From assembly GCA_910592345.1 (NCBI GenBank), contig CAJVPI010000054.1, forward strand, positions 1-64,000: a stretch of DNA of 64,000 nt. The letters run 5' to 3'. A program made the translations under genes and the position numbers. Every line of letters starts with the position of its first letter. Positions within the stretch are counted from its first letter, which is position 1. The DNA comes from Paraglomus brasilianum. Its lineage: Eukaryota. Below, piece after piece: positions 29,205-40,651 of this stretch. Under the pieces are notes generated by a model that did no database searches, was not told the origin of the DNA, and was given only the letters and a program-made list of their open reading frames with translations.

Positions 29205-31569
29205 ATTCCTCAGCTAGGACAACGATCTCTTTTGTGGAAGTCAACAAACGTAGGAGCACACTATCGAGTATTATTGACGCTGTATATAATCGACAGACGT
29301 AATGCAGAACCATTCGTAGTTTAATAACGATTCGCGAAGGATATCAGCGTTGGGTCGAATTGTTAATTTTTATTGATAATACCTACCAGTCCTTTGATCA
29401 AGATGTATCAGCAAAATGCCGAACAATATTAAACGTTGACTATATATAAAAAATTTTCATGTCGCTGTATGTATTGATAGGGAGAATATGGACAATCGGA
29501 GATGTGCTGCTCCAATTATCTGTGGTGTTTTCAATTGAGCCGTGTTTCCATTTTAAACACCCACAATTGGTTCTTCAAATTAGGGTAAAAGCGAGAAACC
29601 AAACTTGATCTTTGTAATACTTCGTTATAGCTTGCAAAGTTTGTTGCCGACAAAGCGTCTCCTTTTTGGATCAATTACTTATTACTAAATTACACAAAGT
29701 CTCAAATATGTACAAATTAATAGCGTTCTGAATTCATGTGTCATTCTAACATGTGGTTTTCCGCACATTGTCCCCAAAAGCTGTGCGTACATGCAAGAAT
29801 ATGCAGCTATCGGAACATTTATGGACATTCTTACTGGCTGGTGTTACAGACACATTCATATGAATTTGTTGAAGCCTAACCCACAATACTAAACAGGTTG
29901 CTGACCATGATATTATACGCATCGCGCAATCAAATTGAATCTCAGAATTCATCCTCCCCAAACCCGGGACCATCAATAATAATAATACACTAATGCCTAT
30001 ATTAATATTAATATTAAATGAATGGCAGGAATCTTATTATTATCGCCAGTATAATAAAAAGCTTGGGGCGTTTTTTGACATTGATCGCCCCAAATTTCTA
30101 TCAACCAAATTGTGAGGGGTTGGAATACTTTTTCCGAATGGTCACTGTTTAGACCTGAACAAAGTAAAAAGTCTCATGTTTACTATATATTATCCAGCTC
30201 GCTATATCGTATATTGACAACCTTTGCCACATCCTCTATTGAATGACTTTTTTGTCGATCAATTAGTAAAACGTTTTTCCCAAAGAATTTCCATTGTCCA
30301 CTGTAACAAACGACCGAATGGCGGTGTATACCTTAAACCCTATAAAAGTCTTGTATGTGTATGTGTAACAAATAATTTGATCAAAATAACATTTTAATTA
30401 TATTACACCAAATTGCGCCTCTTGTATTGCGCCAGCTTTGTTATTATAAAATTATTGGTGTCTGTAATACTGTAATAGGTAATTCCTCAATAAAGAGGTT
30501 GATCCATTCAATCGATTAATAAGGTTTAATAATAAACCACGGTTCTCGTAGTCCAGATAGAGTGCTCTCAATCAATCATATTCGATATCCAGGAAAACAC
30601 CGCATTTAATATTAATGGCTGTCATTTCTGATTTCCGTATATTATTTATTTAGACGTACTATAAACGTCAGATCATCAGATCGTGGTTAATATTAAACTA
30701 TTATCTAGCCAGCCCTGCCCATTCCAAGCTGTCTTCTATGTAAAGTTACCCCTTTCTAAAGGAAAGGTTTTGTTGATGTCATAGCAATAGATCAGAATTA
30801 TTCAAATCGCTCTCTGATATTCCCATTGCCCAGATTCTCTTGTCATATTATTGTTACTACTAACATTAAATACAGTGTGTTGCGAAAAAATAGCGCGCAA
30901 ATAAACCGATGTATCTCAACAATTACGCAATGTTGAGCCAACTACCGCGGGAGGGCGTTAGTAATTGGCCTTGGGATTTAGCTCTTTCAATCGATGCTTG
31001 GCTAACCTCTACTCCTGCTTAAATTAGTAATACACTTAGTGACCTTAACACTGGCTCATAGTCCTCCAGATAACCGATCGATATACGATTCTCGATTGCT
31101 AATCACTCCGCAGATATTCTCTAACCTAAATCGATAAAATTAAATCCGATAGTCCGTAGGCTTCAACAGGGGTGATTTACACAAGCGCGCATACGTGGTT
31201 GGATAAAGTTTTTGCTGCTTGGCTTTATTTTGAAAAACTACATAATAATAATAAGTTTAAAATTAACAAAGCTATTCCTTCAAATAGTCATATCTTACAT
31301 TTATATATTTTTGTACCCTCCTCCGTCAACTTTCAAAAGACTTATGATATTTCTCTTGTAGAATACTATAAATAATTGCCTCAAGAGCCCTAAACAGATT
31401 TTTGATCCTGTTATTCTTCCTTCCTTGCAAGTGCTTTCTTAATAAAAAGTTTACATGATACTATATCTAGATTTAGCAATAATTCGACACGTCTTGCTTC
31501 AAAAAATCCTATATCTCTTAGACGTGCGACGAGGCGCAGATTGTCATAGTGCAGTAGCACATTGCGGAC

Positions 31570-31920
31570 AGGTGCCCTTCTCTTAATTCTAAATACTCGT
31601 AAAACGTCTGGCTGACCCCGATTTTTGTCACACCAGTATTTGTAATGCGTAAAGTTGTAGCTTCGGCGGGACGCATACAAAGCATTATCATAACGTCAGC
31701 AAGAGCTTGTAAATCAGGTAACGTCTTAAAATCATATTTCCTTAACTGATTAATGTAAAATGATCTGGGTAATCGATTTTTCGGTATTTTCTCCTCTACA
31801 CTTTCAGAAGGAATTTCACGCACAAGTGAAAGTGAGTACCACGTAAGCCTCACCAAGGATATAGCTAGGGTAGAAAACGAAGCCAAATTACGCAAAAAAT
31901 TAAGCGGGTGATGGAAGTCA
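31570..31920 (-). pseudogene. Tyrosine recombinase / telomere-resolvase-like fragment
   Basis: Across frameshifts: IDYPDHFTL..SV...YDFKTLPDLQALADVMIMLCMRPAEATTLRIT...KNRGQPD, resembling the box-I R-x-x-E plus Lys hairpin of YRs. The C-terminal HxxR/Y part is missing. Confidence 0.5.
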
Positions 31921-34189
31921 TTGTTTGGTTACTGGAGGATAGAGCTGACGTTGAAAAAGAGCCAAAAAAGAAAAAAGGCTAGGGTTCATCAATATCTTAA
32001 GAATAAATAGTCTGTACGTCAGCATTGAAAACTAACATAACGCAGGCATATTACATTGCATTTGACTAGAATATATTGGACAAAGAGCTTTCGTTACGTG
32101 TATTCTGTTTGTCTATATTGGAATGGTCTTCGATAAATAATCTAATTCATTCAATAAATTTATCTCAATTAAAAAAAATCGACTGGTGAAGATATAAAAT
32201 TTTGATAACATGTACCAGCCACGTAAAGTGGAGTCTGTAGAGATTTATAAGAAAAATGAGCGTCGTTATTATGCAATATTTGATAACTGCATGCTAATTA
32301 TAATCTAAAATACTTTACAGAATTCCTCGAAACCCACTAAAGGAATTCAAGATATCAATTAATCGAGAAAAAGACCGTAATAAACAACCTACGCACTTGA
32401 GACTTAAAATAGATGAACATCTAAAAAAGGTTCTTCCCGGTGCTTGTTCAAGTCACAATGCAACTGTGGAATCTGCCAAATCAAATCTCAATATTGCAGC
32501 AGAGAAAAAAATGCCTGAGCCCACGATTTCTTTGTCTTCAGAATTCTCATTAAAAACAAATCTGATATAGATATGCTTATCCTGCTTTTACAGCAAAAAA
32601 TCCAAATATTGCGAGAAAAATTAGAACAATGGAGAGACAATATTGTCTTTAAATTTCAGGATAAGAACGCGAGAGTATGAGTGAGGATAATATAAGCGGG
32701 AATATGAAGCCCGCCTTGGTATTCCTATTACTGCATGCAAAAAAGAGTTAAGCAAACATTTATCGAATATGTACGATAAAGCTGTACACATTCGTGTGTA
32801 ATCTAGCTAATTAGTATTTCTGGTAGAGTTAAGGGGGTTTTGTCGTCCCTTACAATAAGAATAAGAATAATTCCAATCGGAAGATAATTTTTTAATACCT
32901 ATTACTACGTTTCGATTGATTGAAAGTTCAAGTACCAGTACAACCTTGTCATCTTTTATATAGTACAACTTACTAAATTAGCTGTTTCAAAACTTATGAA
33001 TTTAGAGTTGGTTTACGGTATGAACGAGAACATACTCTTGTTTTTTTCTCTTTTCTTAAAGGTAACATCTTGTTGATTATTTCAAAAAATATTATTAACT
33101 TTGACTGACAATTTTTTTACTTTAAAGCATAATAGTATTATAGTTTCTTTCTACAGTGTGCATGGTTTCTTCTGTTGCAACTAGATGGCAGGGACCATAC
33201 TAATATTAATAGAGTTCTATTTACAAACAACTTTTTAATTATTACCACTTTGTTTATTGCAGCAGCCGTTATGGAAAGAAGATTCCGTAAGTAATACATA
33301 CATATTAATATACGTATATGAGTAAAGCGAGACGGAAATACGAAATCTGAGACTATTCTGTTAACAGGTCACTGAGTATTCTTGTATGCTCTGAAATACA
33401 ACTTGCTTCTACAGCCATTACCAAGAGTTATGCAAATCAATGCAGAATTTTAAGTGCGATCTGAATTTGACTATACCAATTCGTTTGATTCTTCAAATAC
33501 GCGAAATCAATTTCATCGTCGATAATCACTAACTCAACAACTGAGAATCCAATGCTCATATAATTTACACGTTTGTTAAGCGTAACTGCCAATGTATGTG
33601 CAAAAAATTGACACAGAACATACCGATTGGCTTAGTTAATCATCACGATCAGAATCGATATGAAAGTTCAAAGGCAGATCTTAATAAAGCTGCCATTCGT
33701 ATGAAGAGTTGACCCAATTGCCTGCTTTCTATTTAGTCATACACTTACGCTGATGATTGATGACAAAATTGATTTCGCGCATGACTCATGTTGCGCGCAA
33801 ATCTCGATTCAAGAAACCTACTTTGATACACCTACGATACTCCACGATACCCCTACGATACTTCACGATAGTATTAACAACATGTAAATTATAAGAGCAT
33901 TGGATTGAGTTAGTATTATAGTCTTATCTTATTTATGTGTTTGCTCCGCAATAATACATATTATGTATAATGTTTAGAACAATCCACAAAAAATTTTTTT
34001 TTATTACGTTAAAAATGTGCGGATTGCTGTCCCGTACACATATATTTATTTATATTTATTTATATTATTATTATTATACTATCTCGATTAAATTTTTATT
34101 ATCCCCTTTCATAACGTAAAACGGAAAAATAGATATATTAATCGTAATAGCAAAAAAATAAATAAATTGATATCTCTTGTCAAACAGAA

Positions 34190-34560
34190 ATGGCGTTTTA
34201 CAAAGCATACGAGACAGCACAACATTTGCCTCGTTTGAAAGCTTTGCCAATTAATTAGAAACAATTTACAACTTTTCCGGACGTAATGCTACAAAAACCG
34301 AGCTAGCTCTGCAAGCTAACTCCGCAGGCTAATTTCGCTGGTTAACTCCGCGATTATGACGCGAATATGAAGAGCACAAAGTACCATTTTTTCGAAAAAT
34401 CGGAATAACTGATGAAACTGGAATTGCTTTGCAAATTGAATAAATCAATTTGTCGCTCCTAGGACGAGTATAATTTGATATTAAAGTTATGTAAAAAAGA
34501 TAATATTCGCGGACTATCTTGCAAAGAGAATTAAATAAATTGAATACACGTAAATAATCA
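34190..34560 (+). pseudogene. Degenerate intronless ORF of unknown function within the island
   Basis: MAFYKAYETAQHLPRLKA..LETIYNFSGRNATKTELALQANSAG*FRWLTPRL*REYEEHKVPFF; protein-like with stops and frameshifts. Confidence 0.35.
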
Positions 34561-34780
34561 TAAACATGGCACAACGGTTAGATACTCACCAACGCTAAAA
34601 CAACGTTTGTCGTTATGAAGGCACCCTCATCTCTTGCGTTTACAAGTTATCCCCTCGCTGCGGGTAAAAATAATTATTTTTTGAATGACGACGCAAATGT
34701 AAATCACTCGTCATGTATTCGCCCGCAGAAAAAGAGAATGACAAAATGTTCTTAATCGATTTTTAATTTGAACACATTTA

Positions 34781-34966
34781 CTATGTTGTAGGAAAGATCA
34801 GTTTAGTCACATTATAATACCGATCTTGAGCATGTTTCATAAATGTGCCACTAGGTCGATGAAGCCATTCAATTACTACATTCTGGATTTTTTTAGCAGA
34901 ATTAATATGTTTTTTCCATAGACGGAATGTTCGCTGGATAATAGTTGCTGCTCGATTTTTTTTCAT
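34781..34966 (-). CDS. Small basic ORF with two IQ-like motifs (possibly 5'-truncated)
   Basis: AATIIQRTFRLW and SAKKIQNVVIEWLHRPSG. Confidence 0.4.
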   Translation of the reverse strand: MKKNRAATIIQRTFRLWKKHINSAKKIQNVVIEWLHRPSGTFMKHAQDRYYNVTKLIFPTT

Positions 34967-35117
34967 ACAGAGTTACAAAATATCTACTTGGGTTTTAAAT
35001 TCCCCAAATTCAAAATTATAACCTATTATTAATTCATACAGTGTTAGATTTGATTTATCTATACATGCTGCCGCCGTTCCTCATCACTTGATAAGGATAT
35101 ATCCATATTATGAGTTT

Positions 35118-35170
35118 CTAGTAATTGTTGTTGTTGATTCTGTTGCTGTTGCGGCTCTTGTTGCGGCGCA

Positions 35171-35202
<32 letters not shown>

Positions 35203-35635
35203 AACAACAGCTGCAATTGTCGCCGCTGCTGTTCTTGTTGTTGCAGCAGCAGCAATTGTATTTGTTCTTGTTGCTGCTGTTGCTGATGCAGCAGCTGCTG
35301 CATTACTTGTTGCTGTTGTTGCTGTAGCATCCAGTATTGACGTATTTCTATGTTGTTTTTGACTTTTTTACTATATCTAAAAAAATTTTAATTAATTAAT
35401 TAATATTAATAAGTAAATAAATAAATAAATAAATAAAGTAATGGCCTTACAATCTTTTGACTTTTGTCCTAACTTCATTATCCCCATTTGTACTGAGATG
35501 GTACAGTGCACATTTCCATCTCTGGTGGATATCTTTATCCACTGTTTGATTTTTTTTGACAAAAAAGAAAATAAAGTTCAATAAACTCCAGTCGGTTGTG
35601 GTTTCGAAAAATTCCGTTTCCGACTGGTTGGGCAT
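35118..35635 (-). CDS. Two-exon small gene or pseudogene with polyglutamine tract
   Basis: MPNQSETEFFETTTDWSLLNF...KRL, then an intron (gtaagg...ttttag) spliced in frame to YIVKKSKNNIEIRQYWMLQQQQ...; CAG/CAA microsatellite 35125-35326. Confidence 0.45.
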
Positions 35636-36799
35636 GTTGAAGTATATTCTCTTTCCTGATAGGAGCAACAAGACCGACTATATTAATAATAGATGCAAAT
35701 GTGAAATAACCAAACTATCGGTACGTAATTTCGTGCCACTTGCCTGTTCTTGGTAGTTTCGGTATAATCGGTTAATATTAGATCTGAAAATAAAAAAATT
35801 TTCGATGAGACTTGCCCAGCAAATGGTTGCGAAAGGGGAGCGAAAGGGGGAAAAAAGGCCTTGAAACGCAACAAGACCGACCATATCGCACCGGCTAAGG
35901 GACTTTTAAGTATAGACCAGTACTGACGAATTACCGAAGTAAAACCGACTAGACACCTACAGCGCCCCGCCAGAAATTTCGAAGGCAGATAGATAACGAG
36001 AAAAACCGCCCTGAACGCATCAAGACATAAAAGAATATCATAGACCCCGAAGACGTAATAAGAGATAGAGAGGGAGAAAAAAAAAGTCCCGAACGCGTCG
36101 AGACAACCATGCCTTTTTTTCAGAATATTCGTGGATTTTTGAATGGTCGTAGAGTTCGTAGAGTTCGTAGAGAATGGTCGTAGAGCTATGGAAAGAGGGC
36201 TCTTATACAATTGAGAGAGAAAATTTTAGTTTTACTATTTTAAAATGTCTCCTGTTTAAGGGTTGCACGGAACGTTTTTATAATGAATGTACAGAAAGAT
36301 CACCATCTCGAAAACATATACATATAATAATGAGAGATCATTCGTGTATATTAATATGTAGTCATTACATTTGATTAGTTCCAACGATTCCCAAGCAAGA
36401 ATTTTTGGGTTTACGATTATTGTCTATTGTCTACACTCACTTCAATACACTTGATTTGCCACAATTACTTTGATTCAATCGCTTGATTTGTAGATAGAAA
36501 TTTGCTATCATCATCCAGAATCTAATATACAATATCTTTCTATGCCGTACTTGTACTATCGTACGTAAGTCGATAGCATTCTTCCTCGTGAGAACGGTAT
36601 ATTGATTAAACATGGTCATTGTGTGTCGTATGTGACTTCGAACAAATGAGCATGGGATGGTAAATTAACTTTTTTGGCGTACTCAAGCATGCATATTTGT
36701 CAATCCTGATCGATATCATCAATTCTTGCATAAATTCATATGAATCATATGAATCAGATTATCATTATCATTATCATCATATCATCATCATGTAGTAGT

Positions 36800-37488
36800 T
36801 GTAATTGACACCTTATTAGCATTAGATCTTCATATTAATAAATTTATCCCATTTTTTATAAAGAACAATTACCAATCGAATCTTCATGGTCCTTGCATTG
36901 ATGACATAGTATATACGTTTATGGTGGAATGCTATATCAACTCCACCATCGCCTCGTCCGGTACTGTATATAAAAAAAGTGAGTAGTTGTGTCATCATAG
37001 TCAAGACCACTGGCGACTTTCGCAAGCTGCGGCCACGAAGCGCTTTCAATTCAAAAGGTCAATGTATCTTATTCACCACAGCCTTAACGGACGAAGCAGC
37101 TTTTTCAGTAACGGAGATTGAACGTTCACAGCCATTCAGTCACCATATAAACATCAAGAACTATAAAGTATTTATTAGTATCCTATTCACCACGCCCGCA
37201 ATTTCCCTCAAAGGCTTTGTCGGTAACAGAGCTTCGATATAATTTACACCTAGTGGCAGCGTAACTTCAGATACATATACTAAATAGATACTCGAAAATG
37301 GTGTCTTCTAGTTGAGATTTTCAAAAACTCCGATTTACACCCAGTGGCAGCGTAACTTCGGATACAATAACAATTCAACAACTACTCAGTGAGAATTCTT
37401 ACCTTTCGAAGGGGACGTAACCTTCTCTTCGTAAAAGTGATTTGATCACATCTTCAAATTTTCTCCCTCTTTCGACAGAACTCGCCAT
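36800..37488 (-). pseudogene. Mrr-like (type IV restriction endonuclease fold) gene with spliceosomal introns, frameshifted
   Basis: Exon 37488-37403 MASSVERGRKFEDVIKSLLRREGYVPFE plus exon 36963-36873 STGRGDGGVDIAFHHKRIYYVI-(1-nt loss)-QCKDHEDSIG gives the FE...GY...GDGGVD...QCK Mrr signature. Confidence 0.7.
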
Positions 37489-38223
37489 CTTGATTACTTA
37501 ATAGATAAAAAGTTACCAATATTAACATATTAGTTTGAAATAAAAGATTGAAACAATAGAACGTAAAGATTACCTTACCTTGAATGGTTATTTTGAATCG
37601 ACAAGAGTGAGAATGAGAGAATGAGAAATTAGATATTTCATTTCAATAGAATGTTGGTATTATTAAAAGTAGACAATGGGTTTTAATTAAAACAAATATG
37701 GTATCTACTCAGCTTTTAATGTACGTTTTAGTCCATCAATTCTCACGAATATAACTTTCGATTTATACCGAGTCTAAGATCACGATTCGTTTTCAAGACT
37801 TCTCCAAACCGTTTATCCATATTGTAACCCAATTCCGAGATATGATTGATTTAGTAAGTTGTACATGTAGGTTGTACATTGAACGTTAAAGTTTGACTGG
37901 ACTGAAAACGTCGTCGAAATGTAGATGATAATACTAATAGTTACACGTCTCGACCATCATTAATCTACCGATTTTCACACTGACAACTCGGCCCTGGTAC
38001 TGGGAGCAGTGCTGTAAAGTCTGGAATCAAATTCCCATTCTAATCTCCCGTCGGGTTCCCGCAAGTTCCTCAAACATCTATTACTATATCGATTAAAATA
38101 TTGAATTTATCGGATTTTCATCCCTCACTCTACGTTAGGTCTCAAAGAACAAAAAACTTTTCTAAATAACAAACACTGATCGGTCATATTCTCGGAAGAT
38201 GAGCATCCTCTTTATTAGTTTAG

Positions 38224-38265
<42 letters not shown>

Positions 38266-38277
38266 TTATCATTATTA

Positions 38278-38900
38278 TTGCTAAGTCTTGGTTCTTCTAA
38301 ACTCTCCGATAAATCTTTAAGCAAAATCGCTGATTCGTGTCCAAACTTAAACTATCTCAGTCTGGGACACAATGAACATATCACTGATATATCTATGATT
38401 GATATCGCACATTCTTGTCCCAAATTACGTTATCTTAGTTTGTGGTGTTGCAGTATTACAGATGAGACATTAAAAACAGTAGCGTATTCCTGTCCTGGAC
38501 TCCAACATTTGAGACTGATGTCTTGTGGAGGTATTTCCGATGTGGGGGTTTGTGCGATTGCTACTTCGTGCCGAGATATTATAGATTTTTCTTTTGAGAG
38601 TTGTGGGGTAAGTGACATATCAGTTAAAAAATTGCACAATCGTGTCCAAGAATCCGAAGCCTCAATCTGGATTGGTGTTATATAACCGACGAGTCTATCT
38701 GTGAAATAGCAAGATCATGTCCAAGGCTAGAAGTGCTACTTCTTCTAAATTGCTTTATTAGTGATATATCAATTCATGAAATTATTCGATCATGTAAGAA
38801 CCTGCGTAGTCTTGATCTCAAAAAATGTTACTCTGTTACTGATGAGGCAATCGATGCCCTTATGACTAGCAATCCAGACATTAATATTAGAGAGCCTTGA
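38278..38900 (+). pseudogene. Cys-containing LRR (F-box/LRR, AMN1/RNI-like) remnant with one frameshift
   Basis: About 8 repeats of ITDxSxxxIAxSCPxLxxLxL; frameshift near 38630; stop 38898-38900; N-terminus replaced by (AAT)n(ATT)n. Confidence 0.8.
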
Positions 38901-38956
38901 GTGATTTGCTATATCACATCTGTATTATGTAGGGCCTAACCCATTACTTTGTAATA

Positions 38957-39574
38957 AAAACCAATATGGTTATAAATCTTATGCTTGGTAATAAATTACA
39001 GCGAATGTTTAAGAAAGGAAATCGCTATATCAAAAACGATGATCTCGTATTAATAGGCAAGCATTTTGAGCCGAAATGGCAACTTGTGCAAAATAGCTTT
39101 CAGATCTTTGCGAATGCGCCTAAACCATATCGCGAAGATGTCACATTCAAAAGGATATCTCCAGATAAAATTCCAGATATAACTAAATTCTCTCCAGAGC
39201 GAAGTACAGTTGTTGTATTTGAGGATCTATGCGCCGAATCGAAAAAGGTGCAAGAACGAATTATTCCCTTATTTCATTAGTGGTCGGCATCAAAATATCT
39301 CTCCAATATATGTATCACAGAAATATACACAAACACCTAAAATTATTCGTGAAAATATCTCACACTTAGCCTTATTCCGAGGAAGTGGATCTAGAGACGA
39401 CATTCATAGAATCGTGCGACAATATACGGTAATCCGAAAAAAGCATCTAAGATTGTTGATAAGCATTTGCGGGATCGAGAATTCGTGGTTTTTGATTTTA
39501 CTAAGCCAGTTGATGATCCTTTAACAATTAGACTGGGCTGGGATTCCATTTTAAACCTTTCTGATCAAATATAA
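38957..39574 (+). pseudogene. A32-like (FtsK-HerA) DNA packaging ATPase, truncated at Walker A, 2 frameshifts
   Basis: KTNMVINL (Walker A tail), VVVFEDL (Walker B), [10 protein letters not shown] (Arg finger), YVSQ (conserved Gln), IIREN, EFVVFD...IRLGWD. Confidence 0.75.
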
Positions 39575-39575
39575 A

Positions 39576-40651
39576 ATGAAAACCAAATACTCTATAAAAG
39601 ATGCTTGTAAAATTGCTATAGAACGAAATGGCTTGTGTCTTTCGGATAGATACATTAATTGCAATACATCTTTATTGTGGAAATGTGCTAAAGGTCGGCT
39701 CCCTTTCACAGGATTAAAAATGCTAGAAAATGGTGCCCACATTGCTCAAAAAATAAATCTTACACTCTTAACGATGCTAAACGGGTTGCAAATAATAAAA
39801 ATGGAGAATGCCTTTCAGAAAATTATATTAATAGTATATTACCATTGCAGTGGAGATGTGCTGAAGGACATGAATGGTATTCAACACTTAGAAACGTAAA
39901 ATATTGTAATACTTGGTGTCCAGATTGCGCACATAGTAGACCTCTTACTCTTGAAGAAGCTAAACAAATCGCACATAGCAGGAATGGTGAGTGTCTTTCT
40001 ACGATATTTGTTAATGTTCGTTCACCTTTGTTGTGGAAATGTGCTAAAGGGCATAAGTGGAGTGTTAGTCTTTCAAGTATAAAATATTGTAATAGTTGGT
40101 GCCCATATTGTGCGGGTACAAACCGTCTTACTCTTGAAGAAGCTAAACAAATTGCACATAGCAGGAATGGCGAGTGTCTTTCTGAGATATTTGTTAATAT
40201 TTGTTCACCCTTATTATGGAAATATGCTAAAGGACATAAATGGCATTCAACACTTAAAATCGTTAAAAATAGTAACTCCTGGTGTCCATTTTGTCGTTTA
40301 CATAAACGTGAAAATTTATGTCGTGAAATTGCATCTAAATACCTTGGACCGCCATCTGAAAATCGCAAGCCAGATTTTTTAAAAACATCAGAATATCCAA
40401 CAGGGCTACAACTTGATATTCCCTATTATGATTACGGTTTTGCTATAGAAGTACAGGGGCAACAGCACGAAAAATATATATAATTCTTTCATAAAGGAGA
40501 TCCCAATAATTTTATCAAACAGCAAGAGCGGGATCAACTCAAGAAAGAATTATGCGAAGAAAATTGGATCGTTTTAAGATATGTTTGGTATTACAAAGAC
40601 CCATATATAGTTATTCCAGAGCATCTGCGAGAATTGGGTCTCATAGAATAA
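39576..40651 (+). pseudogene. Zn-ribbon (treble-clef) repeat protein with C-terminal Vsr/DUF559-like endonuclease
   Basis: Four ~61-aa repeats NGECLS..IN...LLWKCAKGHxW...WCPxC, then LQLDIPYYDYGFAIEVQGQQH...DQLKKELCEENWIVLRYV. Frameshifts in repeat 1 and a premature TAA at 40481. Confidence 0.8.

Noticed and set aside
30871..30900. TACAGTGTGTTGCG as left TIR of the island
   Set aside because: No reverse-complement partner located in the window.
37242..37366. 34-bp direct repeats as a CRISPR array
   Set aside because: Only two copies, eukaryotic context and no cas genes.
36964..37402. Group I intron or RNase P/MRP reading of the structured intron (AAATTGCGGG and CCGCAGC resemble P/Q elements)
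   Set aside because: No convincing R/S elements or P4 pseudoknot partner seen, and the ends are spliceosomal GT-AG.
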